In this document: positions 26,151-38,606 of the stretch, piece by piece
Layout: each line of letters starts with the position of its first letter
Position numbering within the stretch: the first letter of the stretch is position 1
Assembly: GCA_002633005.1 (NCBI GenBank)
Contig: NMRA01000364.1
Location: 305,075 to 369,074, forward strand
Direction of reading: 5' to 3'
Source: Phoronis australis
Taxonomy: Eukaryota > Animalia > Phoronida
Length of the DNA: 64,000 nt
The notes under the pieces: model-generated
What the model was told of the DNA's origin: nothing
Databases searched by the model: none
The model's input: only the letters and a program-made list of their open reading frames with translations
Made by a program: the position numbers and the translations under genes

Positions 26151-26869
26151 AAAATACATCTTGCCAACTGACCACAGCTTGTTGAGTTTAGTGACTGACC
26201 AATTTCAATTAATTCTAAGACACTGATAAGCTAAACTGTGTATCACAAATAACCACTAAGTTCATAGCTTAAACTTCTAAAATCCATTTTAATCTCGCCG
26301 TTTTGTAAGGCCACAGCCACGCAGAAAGTGAGATGTTTATGCCTTTCCAGACGGCACATCGAACGAATTAATGTGAAAAACATTTCCATTCAAAATGCTT
26401 GGATTGTGATGAAAAGACTTCATTTTCGGAGGATTCCAATAACGGTCAGATAAAAATGAAGAACAGAAGACCACATCGAAGGTGTTCAGAGGGAGTTATT
26501 TCAACCGACCTGTGGTCAAAGCAATGCTTCTGCCAGCCACTACCATCCGACATATTGCTGGCTTCACGCAAATTTCCCTAGCATTTTGCAAATTTAATAA
26601 TTATGTTTTAATAATGAGAGTACGAATGACTATACTTTCCCAAATTTATTAAATAATAAACTTCAACGTTTTACAACCTAAGTGGTAAGGAGTGTGCAAT
26701 ATTCTCAACCTGGAATTCAGAGGTGCGATCATGGTATGTTTCCATTCCCTAGAATGGAATTCATTTATTTCTTCAATAGGAAGACTCATGGGCGCAAAAT
26801 TTACTTATTCCAGTGGTGTGATGGGAAAGTAAAACCGTAGACAACCAGTAACTTTAAAAATATACAAAT

Positions 26870-26875
26870 TTTATT
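26870..26875 (-). terminator. Axin poly(A) signal
   Basis: AATAAA on - strand followed by a GT/T-rich downstream element; implies a ~1.6-kb 3' UTR. Confidence 0.6.
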
Positions 26876-27527
26876 TTGAACATGTTATAATATCTTTCAT
26901 GTACATCTACGAAAAGTCGAAAATCGGCCCATAGAAACAAGCCCGACGATGAAACAGGGTTATGTACATAATTACTTAGCAACGTGCAAACATACAAAAA
27001 ATAAATAACATCTCACGGTGACAATTTTTCACGTAACATCATGACCTGATTAAGAGACATCTTGTCCAAGATACCAGGCATCAACAATGCCGTTCAATTT
27101 AGCAGCCATATTGATAACTGGCAGCCATGTTGCAAATGTGAACCCACTTAATACACCTGTTTCACATCAATGAAAACTATCGCTATGCTCCGACACGATT
27201 CTAGCTCAAAATAAAGAATAAATTGACACTGCCTAGTTGTCAATTAGTTATGGCATGTCGACAAATTAGCAGGGGTCCTTACCAAAAGGCAACAAACATC
27301 GAAACAGTCTCTGCATCAAATTAAACTACCCCCTGAGAAGTAACCCACAACAATACACTCAAAGATGCAGAGAGGAAACGAAACGAATAAAAAAAAAACT
27401 TTTTGATTGTATACTTCTGCACACAAATTTACCGCTTAAGAAAGAACAGTTGTATGTATACAAACATGCATAAAATGTTGACGATACATGTTGAACACTT
27501 ACAAATGAACCCAACTGCATAAAACAT

Positions 27528-27601
27528 GCCTTCCATCACTACAGTAGTATGCAGCACAGTATGCACGCCTTCCATCACTATAGTAGTATGCACAGTATGC
27601 A
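27528..27601. repeat. Two-copy ~39-bp tandem duplication in the Axin 3' UTR
   Basis: GCCTTCCATCACTAYAGTAGTATGCA...CAGTATGCA occurs twice. Confidence 0.85.
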
Positions 27602-28460
27602 GGGGAGGCAGTGAACAAGGCATCTGCGAACCGGCAACAGTGGGTTTTCACTTCAAATAACTTTGTTGCCAGATGAACAAGAAATGCAGAAATACGACGA
27701 ACAAGATGTCCTCTTCAGTTTCGGGTGTTTCTCACTAACCGCCAGACATTGTACAAACCTGTCCAGCACAATAAAAGCTCCCCAAAAGGTGGAGACGATA
27801 TCCGTAAAATAAACGCAGACACGAGAGGCGTCTAATAAAGGCTGGACATTGTCTCTTAAAAATCGAAAGTCTAAAAACCAATACGTTAAAATCTTTGTGC
27901 CTTCCAGCTCTCGTAACAACAATTACCACAAGAACATATGGTATTGAAGCCTTAGTGTGCATGAGGTCTGGCAACGACGGACTTTAACCCAGCACTGGTC
28001 TCGACGAAAATGCCTTTTCTGACGCCAATAGCAAGTTGATACGGTGACGATGACATGACTGAAACAGAAACAAAAATATTCAATGACAATAGCATATTTA
28101 AAGAATAAAGCAAATCTTGCACAAAAAGCACCAAGTTTAACCACAAGAAAATGGCAAAAAGTCTTCAATTTGGGACAAAAACGACAACTAAATTTGCCAA
28201 TTTTCTGTTTTTCAGAGGCTTACTAAAACTCTGCAAATATGGTCATTCACAGAGACTGTACTGTAAGTGAGATTTAAGTATTTTTCAAAAATAATTAGGC
28301 GAAGCATAAGATCCAATTTCTGACTTAGGTCCTGATTACTTTTCGTGGAACAGAGCCTGAAAATCTGCACCAGGAACGAACTCCTGCAACATTCTACATA
28401 TCTTAGCAAGAAACAATATTGCAGTCTCCTAGACACTGTAGGTATCTGCCTACCCGACAT

Positions 28461-28587
28461 CTACTCCTTCTTCTCAACTCTGGCGATGATCTTTCCCTCC
28501 CACAGGGGTAGCAGTTCGCTGTCCTCAGACACCTCCTCGTGGACAACTCCAGTGCCAAACTCGTCAGAGGCCTTTTTGAAGAAAAAC
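28461..28587 (-). CDS. Axin: Axin last coding exon (DIX C-terminal half): [41 protein letters not shown]
   Basis: ttttatgtag acceptor, phase 2; canonical DIX ending; TAG stop. Confidence 0.96.
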
Positions 28588-29518
28588 CTACATAAAAAAA
28601 AAGAGTATAGTTGGTGAGTTTCTGTTCATTAAGGGAAAAACATTTTAAACGAGCGATTCCGTGTTTACTAGATGTGCTTAGGCAGGAATGATCTTTTCTT
28701 CATTCTGAACATGCAACGGAAAAAAGTTCATTAGTACGAGGGTGTTTGCAGTGTAAGGATTTCTTACCACTCCTGGAATGTACGTCTTTGTGCAGGTAAG
28801 ACTGTTATTCAATTCACACTATCTAGTAACCATTCAGCTTTAGCATTCTCGCATGAAAACTGGAGCCGGGTAAACTAGTCACGTTTCTTTTAGCAAATAT
28901 TATTGAGAAAATCGACTATTTACGCGGGAGGACATATAGAGCGTCAAATAACCATTTTTGGAATAAGTCCGCGATTACATTACGCAACCAAACCTTACGA
29001 GAACAAATAACTCTATCCCATCATCAACTTCTACCATATCTGCGTACTTAGGCTCATGAGATGCGCAGATGCAAATTAGGCGCACGCGCTTATACACAAA
29101 CTACTTGAGTAAAACCATGCTCAAAAAAAATGCACAACCCCTTTTGAATCATGCTCAGCTGTTTGGATCACGGAAAGAAGTGAAGATTCTAATGAAGTAA
29201 TGCAGTAGACTTCCAACTTATTATGCGCCAAAAAGTGGAACAAGTGAGTAAAATATTTTTGGAACAAACACAATATTTAGGATACAGGTGCATGGGCCTA
29301 AATACATCCAAATTTGAACCACGGCCTACTGCAATATTTTTATTGTTCAAGTCAGGAAAGTGCTTTTATCATCGTCTAATCCTCTTTTTATAGTACGTTT
29401 CGTGGAAAAAAGCACCAGTAACAGAATTTGGAAGACAACTGACAACTGCCAACCAGAGCAGATATTTTATGCAGACTCGTGTCAAAACACGACGTACAGA
29501 GCACGACCCTCTACTCAC

Positions 29519-29707
29519 TTGTAATCGCCCTTTTTGCTGATGAGACTCTTGAACTGACTCAGCGTGACGTCGCGGCTCTGCACACTCACTGTGTAGGGTA
29601 TCGGGTCACCGCAGAAGAAGTAAGCAATCTTGGTCGTCTCTAGCGATGGCGTCGACGAAGTACTGATTGATTGCTGGGAGCTCGACTTTTTGGATATCTT
29701 CTTGCTA
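29519..29707 (-). CDS. Axin: Axin exon (DIX N-terminal half): ...IAYFFCGDPIPYTVSVQSRDVTLSQFKSLISKKGDY
   Basis: ttttcag acceptor, AA|gtgagt donor; 189 nt; Axin DIX motif YFFCGxPIPY. Confidence 0.96.
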
Positions 29708-30136
29708 CTGAAAACGAAAGACAAACACAATAATGGAAGGATGAAAACAAAAGATCAAACAATTTGTAATATTTTTTGAAAATCATCCTACGTTTCAGAA
29801 AGAATAGTTCAATCATGAACAGAACCTATCTGTTTATAATTGTATATTGTGGAAAGTGGTGTGGTACAAAAAACAAAATACCGAGTCAAGCCATTAAGAA
29901 CACATTATTAAGCCACACCCATATTTCAGATACATTCTGCGGCTTCACAACTCTTTGAAAACTAAAGACTTAAAGAATAATTTGCACTTTCTTGTAATAG
30001 CTTTCACAATTTTATCAAATCACCATGAACACACTGGGAATCCAGCAGTCGAGAATAATTTGCTTAGTGTTTGTGTCAGTTAATATGTACGTAAAATTGT
30101 TGATGCACATTTTACTATAACCATGTTCACACACAC

Positions 30137-30256
30137 CTTGTGTCTTGTTCAAACTGTGCTGAGCCTGAAGGGGTGAGTCTCTGGGTCGACTGAGGTATGC
30201 TGCTATGACTAACCGGCGACTGCCGCTTGTCCTTAGAGACGGGACCGGCGAATGAC
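30137..30256 (-). CDS. Axin: Axin exon (possible cassette): SFAGPVSKDKRQSPVSHSSIPQSTQRLTPSGSAQFEQDT
   Basis: ctctttccag acceptor, AG|gtgtgt donor; 120 nt, phase 2-2; open in the Axin frame. Confidence 0.7.
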
Positions 30257-30657
30257 CTGGAAAGAGGCCAACAAAGGTGAAACTCAAACTCGTATTAGAA
30301 ATGCAATTATGGTGACTGACTTTGCAAGGGGTCACAAATCATTACGTTCACAACAAGGTAGTATGTTTTGGTGCAACAGGCAAGACACTTCCACAGTGAC
30401 AATGACACAAGATCAAGGCAAATGTGCTTCCAACTATGTTAAAGTCACAGTAGAAACTTTATTTTTGACTTCGGCCACTTGCCACTATAACACCCGGTAG
30501 CCACTCACTCATTACACAGATTAGGTTCCTGGACTAAAAAATGTTTCTTTGACAAAAAGCGCTGTTTGTAGAAGCTTTCAGAAGATTTGAGTTGACAAGG
30601 ATACCAGTCTGCAACTACACACCAGATGTCAGGAGATGAAAACACTCCAACACTCAC

Positions 30658-30894
30658 TTTGACTTGGCCAGCTGTCGACTCTTGGAGTCCTCGAGGCGCC
30701 TCTTTACCTCTTCCAGTTGAGTGGTGGAGTTGGGTGGGGTCATCATAGGCATGTTGGGATCCTGTATGAATGGTTGGTGTGGCCGCACCACGGGTAGGCC
30801 TGTGACGTCCGGCACTGCCAGGCCACCGCGATCCAGAGAGCCCGATCGACTGGCCGAATACTGAACTGGCTGTTTACCGGGCTTACTTGATGAT
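30658..30894 (-). CDS. Axin: Axin exon: ...QPFIQDPNMPMMTPPNSTTQLEEVKRRLE...
   Basis: Conserved Axin motif QDPxMP...PNxxTQLEExxRRL; ctag acceptor, gtgagt donor; 237 nt. Confidence 0.95.
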
Positions 30895-31276
30895 CTAGAC
30901 AGGAAACACCGAAACATTAGGATTGTTGTTTATATTGCACAGAGGACAAAGTCGCTATACGTACTGTGCATGTTCTAGCGCATGACTGAACGCCTTGAAG
31001 CAATTGACCTCAACAGAAATAGGACAAAATAATGTCAATTGAAATTAATACATATCAGAATAAATTGCGAGTAAAATTATGCTCTATATCCAGAAAATAA
31101 ATGTGCTCTCTTAGGCCAAGTTCGCATTCTGCCCAATAAATATCACTCGTATCTTTCGTTACCCACTAATTGTACACAATCATCAGTATATTTGTGATCT
31201 CTCAAAGTTGTACAACAGTGAGATGACTCCCAACAGCAGCCATCCCTTCTACCCAAACAGACGTCCTGCTTCTTAC

Positions 31277-31420
31277 CCCTGCCGGTGTTGAAGAGGTGAC
31301 GGCGAGGCACACGTCGACGATGACGACTTGTGCGACCTCTTGTGCGACCCTTTGTCGGAGTCTGGGTAGGGAGACGAGGCGTGCGCGATCTTGTCATTTT
31401 CCATCATCCATGATAAAACT
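31277..31420 (-). CDS. Axin: Axin exon: VLSWMMENDK...HRQG
   Basis: Conserved 'xWMME' motif; tttacag acceptor, GG|gtaaga donor; 144 nt. Confidence 0.92.
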
Positions 31421-32914
31421 CTGTAAAGGGCAGTGACAACATTTATAGCAATGCATAATTTAACACAACAGAGTCGGTTGGTAACAGTACAGCTGCACTT
31501 TGTCTCAAGGGTTTCATATTTCGAGCGGGTTGTTAACAGTACAGACGCACCGAGTACTGAGGATTCCATTTTTGAGTGGGTTGGTGATAGTACAACTGCT
31601 CTAAGTACTGAGGGCTTCATTTATCGTACTATAGTATTGATGCATTAGGACATGTGGTGGCTACTGGTAGTGTTTCAATCAAATGTGTCCAACTGACTCC
31701 TGGCTGAAGAGGGCGTATTTTGAAAATTTTGCAAAATGTCTCAAGTAAGGGCAATTCACCACAAACAATATTTTCCATGAACAGTACTTTACATACGCAA
31801 ATGATACATTTTAAACAGATATTTGTATAAAATTAATAAGGTCAACACTTCAAATGATATATTAAAAAATTTCTCTCAGGTGTGAAGGTGTTTTCATTGA
31901 CTCATGAATATGCCAAGCACTTTCAATTCATCAAAAACCTCATTTCTTTGGTTTACCTGCGACTTAAAACGCGCGACACCAGCTGACAATTAGGATAATA
32001 TTCTCATTAAACCTTCAGGGTAAATGCACGCAGAGAAGCGCATTTCTTTGAAAACAAGGATAAGTCTAAGAAACGACAACAAAAAAACAATTCAATTACA
32101 GAGCGACGACATCCTTAAGAAGTGGATTCGATTGTCAGGGGTATTGAACGCATGGATGGAAGAGCGCTTGCCTAAGCGCATGACTAAAGACTTCAAAGGG
32201 ACTGCAGCTCTCAATAACACACACACCACTTAGATCTAATAATCTACTCTGATAAATAAAGAGCCTTCATGTGTTACCAGCCGGCGTACACACAGTCTAT
32301 CGACATCTCTTCGGAGACGCTATGATAGTCCAACATCAGAGAGTTTCCTTCCAGTTACATAATGAACGACTGATTAAAGACAAATATGACAACGACGCTC
32401 TCCTTTATCTGCTCGCTGTACTGGTCGTATCAAACGTAAAAAATCAATGTAAATTAATCGAGACAAAGTCTAATCCGCGCTGACAACACGGAATGCATTA
32501 ATGGTGAGATGAATTTCGTTAATTCTACCCTCAAGACATTTACATCAAAGGGCGACTGCACAGTTGACACTATAGGCAGGAGGCCAGTTTAATTTTTTAA
32601 TTTGGATCAAATAGACTGCGCTTGTACTGAGCAGCACATCTCGCAGGGGAGACACTTGATTAAAAAGTAACGCACTTCATTTTCTTGACTCTTGAATAAT
32701 TAATAGCGACCATAGGCGATAGAAGGCGAACCGGAACAAACAGCACTCATTAACCCGCCTAACGGAGCACGTGCTGCACCGTGAAATACACTTTACCACC
32801 AGATGTCTCCAACCAAACACAGGAAGTAAAATGAAGACGACAAAAACCACAAAAGACGACAACATGATATTGCTAGATTCCAATTAGAAAACATATACGC
32901 CAACAAGTTTCCAA

Positions 32915-33043
32915 GGTCAACCATGTAGGGGGAAAATGTCAATAGAACACCTACTGATCAACCACAAAGGGGAAAACGAAAACAAAACACCCACTGTTCA
33001 ACCGTGAAAGGGAAAACGTCAACAAAACATCTACTGGTCAACT
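32915..33043. repeat. Diverged ~40-bp tandem repeat, ~3 copies, in an Axin intron
   Basis: GNTCAAC...GGGAAAA...AACAYCYACT units starting at 32915, 32956 and 32996. Confidence 0.75.
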
Positions 33044-33244
33044 GGTTAAATTACTGAGCACACCTACTAGTTACATCTATGGCCACACACACACACACTG
33101 CGGCAATTCTTCACTGATTTTGCCCTAATAAGCAACCGTCATTGTCCAGTTTTCTTTATCTTCATTTTCGTTGAGAAATGCGTGAAATACTCTCTGCTCA
33201 ATAGATAAAAAATCATCGTAACTCTTCAGACACTAGCTACTCAC

Positions 33245-33879
33245 TTTTCGTTGCTCGGATTGCTACTCCAATCTGAAGCCGTCAGCTGTGGTTCCCGCTC
33301 GTACACCATGGAGACACCACTGTCGATATTGGAGCTGGTGTCCGAACCTTTGCGGATGCCCATCCTTTTGGTTGTGCGACCACGTCCACTACCCCCGCCG
33401 GCACCACCTTCGGCCACGTGATGATAGGAGGCCTTCTGCTGAGCATACTTCTCCAGGTCTTGTAGCTTGCGTGGCGCTGGCTGCTTGTCGTAATAGTGGT
33501 GATGATGGTGCTGGTGAATATGTTTCTGTATGTGTGTTTCACCGGGAACACTAGTAGCGCCGCCAACGACAGCTCGCTCCGTGTACTCGTCACTCATGCC
33601 AGAGTCGAGCGAGTAGTACGACAGGTTCTTCGTCTTGGAGTGCGCTGCTTGCGAGCGCCTGTGTGGTGACTTGGCGCGTGGCGAGTGCAGACCAGGTGAG
33701 CGGCTAGGCGTCTGCTGCGCGGAGCTGGCCCAGACACGTGAGCAGTGGTCCTCCAGAATGCTCTGCGCATTATCATCTGGTTGGCTGATCTGCTTCATGG
33801 CAGCAAGCAGGGCATTGAATGGCTGAGTAGTTGGAACCTTACTCAAGTTACGTCTCATCTCGATTTCCGACTCTTCGCT
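33245..33879 (-). CDS. Axin: Axin exon with beta-catenin-binding helix (DDNAQSILEDHCSRVW) and His-rich tract
   Basis: tttttgcag acceptor, AA|gtgagt donor; 635 nt; motif equivalent to vertebrate 'ENPESILDEHVQRV' followed by SP/TP sites. Confidence 0.96.
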
Positions 33880-36226
33880 CTGCAAAAACAGAAATGAGGC
33901 ATATTACGAGACAGTGACCCAACATTTCCCCTGGTTATTTCATAAAGCACGTGAAATCAACTCGTCAATCAACAGAGAGCTTCGATGAAGCAGAGCAGAG
34001 CCACAGCTGATGAATACCTCTTTATAGAAATATTGTTTCACAATCAAACTCACTCGGGAAATGCTTCAAGCAGAATTTTAATAACACTGGCGCCGAGCCG
34101 GCAAATACACTGATGCCATCAAAGAGATGACCACAGGCCACAGGGCTTTGATCAACAATCAACCTTGATGACACTCTCGTTCTTTGTGAGTACTTATCTA
34201 ACACTTCACTTTCATCAAGTTAATAAGCTGTTAAACACAGAACAAACTGAAATTTTGTTGCCTCTAATTTCTAACTCGCACCTAACTTTTGAAACAGGAG
34301 CAACTTCTTGGCCCTTGGTCCACTTTTAACACAAAATCAATTATACAATTTAAAATAAATTTAAAATTGAAGAAATCAAGTAATAGTAATTTTCCAACGT
34401 AAGTGGCAACAGGATTGCCACACGTAGACACCAACAAGGTAGTTGGTAGATGGTGTTCTTTACTTTCGGAAGGATTTAATGCTTTGGGGGTATTTCCTGT
34501 CCTTTTTTAAAATAAATTTGTTGAGAAAACCATGCTATCAAATTGCCACTATTGTGGAATATTCCGATGATTAACAAAACAATGTTAAACGTTAAAAAAA
34601 ATCTCCACAAATGAAAGAAAATTCTTTTCGCCCATGTCACCTCCAGCGGTCTTGCAAACCAGAATTAAAAATTGAATCGATTAAGAGGCTTTTGTGGTCT
34701 CAAAAATTCTTAAAGTTGCACATCGTGTTTCCAAATACAATTTGGTGGAAGCAAAGAAATGACAATCATTAACGGAAAATAACAAGACGACAATAGTTCA
34801 ACTTCTGGCGGAGTACTGAATTTCGAAAGCTAAGCGTAAAAAATCCTAACTTAAAGGATGAAGAGTAGCGATACATTTTTAGTGGTAAGTTTATGCGAAA
34901 CAAATGATTGGAAAATGATTTGGAATATATCAAAAAATGAAGCTCATAGTTCAGCTACCCAAGAAACAGCTTTACTATTGAACATGTGCACAGGCACCCC
35001 AGACACTCAGGACTCGGAAAAATTGTGACGAGCAGAGCACTCACGACAACTTTGAAACTCATCAGACACGCAAACTGACTGGCGCATCAAGTAACAATCG
35101 ATTCAAGCAGCTCAACAGGTGATGTTTTCTGTGAGCATATGCCATCACACGATTAAGTTAATACAGCGCTGATTGGACAATTGATAGTCACTTAACCTAC
35201 AAATCAACAACTGATTAATAGATTAGCCGTCGCACGGCCCAGTCTGACGGGGACTGGGAATTACATTGATTCAATGGCGACCTCCAACGATAAAACGACA
35301 GATTTAAACTCGGTCAATTATTCAATGGTTGACGACATGCCAGCAGAATGGGCGAATTACCATTAGATTAATACACAAGCTAAAAAATAGGCCGGCTCTT
35401 CGTCGCCAAAAGAAAGAACATGAGCTAATAAGTGGCTTGTGTAATTTCAGTATCAATTCAAGTAGTTAAACACATGCACAAAACAGATTTACATTTCCGC
35501 AGTTGAGTGAGTGAGTGACTGACTGACGTATCAGTGCAACGCCCAGATAGGAGAAATTTGCAAACAATTCCGTTTTCAACACGGGAGGCATACCATGGGG
35601 GTTATCAATTATGCATGCAATATCTTCGTAATACAATTAAATGTGAAAATTAACAGGGAGGACCCTTTGAAGTTGTCGCATACATAGGGGCTAGAAACAA
35701 TTTAATTATTTTTTTGCTAGTGACAAGTGCAGTTGAATAGATGTGCGCAATTAAATTAAGAGCAGAAGATTTTTACAAAATCAATTTGCTTTGCTATAAA
35801 AATATCACAAACTATTAAATTGTAAACTGAAGTACACAGAAGCCTAATATCAAATTAATTGCATTGATGAAATAATACCATTCCCATTAACTTAACCAAA
35901 CCTTCACTGATGTTTGTGCTGTATTTTCAATTGTCAACACCACTTTCACCAATAAACAATAGGTGGTGTTTTACAGTTACATTCAATGTGGGATTTTGGA
36001 CTGATGGAAATAAAAACTCAAGACACTGACGAGCAGTAAAATATTTCAGTTTCCACTCAGGAGACACAGAAACTTACAATTTTTAACCCTTTCAAAATGA
36101 AGCAGCAAAAACGACAAATCTTCAGCCATAGACGTCAATAATGCAGATAACAGAAGTCACCATGCCTACCAGACCTCTCCAAGCGTAAATAATACAGCTT
36201 GTGCTAAGTAATAAGGAGCAATTTAC

Positions 36227-36382
36227 CTCACTGTGAATTGTCGATATTTTTTCATGCACTCTGTCCTTGGCCTCGCGTTCACGTAATACTGTTTCCAGCT
36301 TCTCAATTAAAATCTTGGCAAATTTGTCCGGATCTGTCTCGGCCGTGTTGCGGTCCTTCGGCACACGTCCCGGGTCAGTCCG
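36227..36382 (-). CDS. Axin: Axin exon with GSK3-binding helix (DPDKFAKILIEKLETV)
   Basis: ctctttcag acceptor, GAG|gtaaat donor; 156 nt, phase 0-0; equivalent to vertebrate 'EPQKFAEELIHRLEAV'. Confidence 0.95.
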
Positions 36383-38246
36383 CTGAAAGAGCAAGTCCAT
36401 CGTTAGAGGTCTTGAAATTTCCACAGAGTTATCTCCCTTTACTCTAACAAACAAGTTATGCAAGCATGTTACAATAACCTTAACAGAATAGATCAAACTT
36501 CCGTAAAATAGCAAAACAAAAAACATTGTGGATATCATGTCCTCAAATTACCAGAGAAATCAAGTTGCTACCTCAAAACTATTTAAGACCAATTAAGCAT
36601 GCACAGAGCATAGAAAACCGGCGATTCGCATCGACAGCTTTGAATGATACCTGAACAAGAAATGACAAAATGATATTTTGAAGATTATGAAATTTCTGAT
36701 GATACTCTTTGTCGCCATCGCCACGGCACAGCCCCGCTCGATCCATTAGGCAGCACTGTCGCTGGTAATAGAGTGAAGACAGACTAGTGCCGTGCGTGAT
36801 GGATGGCACCTGACTACTGAATGCATCAACCATATCTAACGCGGCTCTCACTGTAGAATGACAGCCAACCACTATGCACTGCTATATGAACTGGCTTTGA
36901 TCTATTATGAATGAATCACGCTTAGCACAGCTTATAATAGAAGCATAGTGGGCAGTGTAATAATTATCTATAACAGTTCAACACACACACATGCACACAC
37001 ACACACACACAAACTAATCCGCAGAAACAATAACCCAGCTGCATAATGTAGGGATTAGGAATATTCAAAGAGGATTTGTCTGGAACTAAAAGGAAATTTG
37101 TTACTTTGAGTCTCGCAATAAATACTGGCTAAGCCAAAATTTTACTACTTCGTACAAAACAGTAGGCTAAAAGAATTCCATAAATCAATAAACTAGTTAT
37201 TTCATACTTTCACTTTGGGGATTCTTAGTCTAATTAGCGCACGCTACGGTGAAGAAATGTTATTTTATAAAATTTCCTAACAAAAATAAAGATTAAGAAA
37301 ATAGTAATCTACTATAAGCATGGTTTATGCTCTGTACACCTAATAAAACAACATTTGGCAATATGCCTGTCATTTGCCGCACGGTAACAAGCCTATGACA
37401 ATTTTGGCAACTATTTTCCAGTGAAAAAAGTAAAACGTAGAAATTCTCACTACTTTGTTTATATTCTCATTTTCTAATCACTTGATTTTTAGATACCAAT
37501 TAAGGTTGCGCAGACTTCAGAAGACTAAAAACAAAATGGAATCTTTTCAATTCACAAGAAACAGCAGAGTGGATACGTGCTAACGTATCAAATCTGGTTT
37601 AGAATCACGCCACTGTTTCCAACCATCTCAGTTTGTGCGGCATATCAGCACCTTGTACTTCTGTCAAATGAAGGAGAAAAACTCTATGTGAGCCGGCAAG
37701 CAGCCTCACCATCTCAAGGTTATCAGCTTCCAGTCGAAGCCAGGTGCAAAGTTAACCATTTTTTTATTGCTGTTACAGCCTGTGGTGACTTTTCAAATTA
37801 GAGTTCAACCTTGTGAATACCATTCACAACGGGAAATCACACAAAACCACCGTTAAGATAAAAAGTCAGCTCTTGGAAGAACCAGAGTTATTAAAACAAA
37901 TCACGCGATGAACATCAAAGGTAACTGGTAAGCCAGGTATATTCAGCCTTATTAGAAGTGACTACGATGTACCGGGTGACCTCAGAAAAATGTGGCGATA
38001 CTAATTACTTTATCTCTATTGATTGGTGCATATAAGTGCAACTGGCTACAGCGATACATGTTTACGTTTTCATGTTTTGCCGAGTGAATGCATCAGGATA
38101 ACGAACACATTAACTCCAGGCTCAATTACCGACTAAATACTATAGAAGAAACAAAACCCACGATCTTTGAACCTACGTAACTGTTGGATTCTATTGCCTG
38201 TTGGGTCGATGGGATGTGTCAGCACTCATCTATCAACGATACGCCA

Positions 38247-38606
38247 TTAAAAAGTTATGTAGGACTCTAGAAAAATGTTCAAATCTGGCCAACTTTGGAG
38301 CATCACATCTCAGATACGAGTGTTCGGATTAATACGAAACTTTCAAATTCTACAATTTATACGCTGTTCTCCAAAACGCTGTCAGAAATGTTTTTTAAAA
38401 TGTTCCATGTTTTAATGATAACGTACCATTCTTTTTGATACGTGATCACATGACAAATTAGTGGCAGATGGGTAAACGGTGAAAAACCTTATTCTACAGT
38501 CTTTCTGTAGTACTTTCAGAAATTTTAAAGAGTTCAAATCTGTAGTTCTGTAGATAATTGGACATTTATACACAGACTTGTCGATAAGGTCCTACATAAA
38601 CTTTAA
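38247..38606. mobile_element. TTAA-flanked MITE (Kolobok-like) in an Axin intron
   Basis: ttaa...TTATGTAGGAC left end and GTCCTACATAA...ttaa right end; a related end GGTCCTACATAA also occurs near 20980. Confidence 0.55.

Noticed and set aside
36579-36872. 97-aa minus-strand ORF as an extra Axin exon
   Set aside because: The Axin frame is already complete through 40001-40112 and 36227-36382; no Axin similarity or clear splice pair
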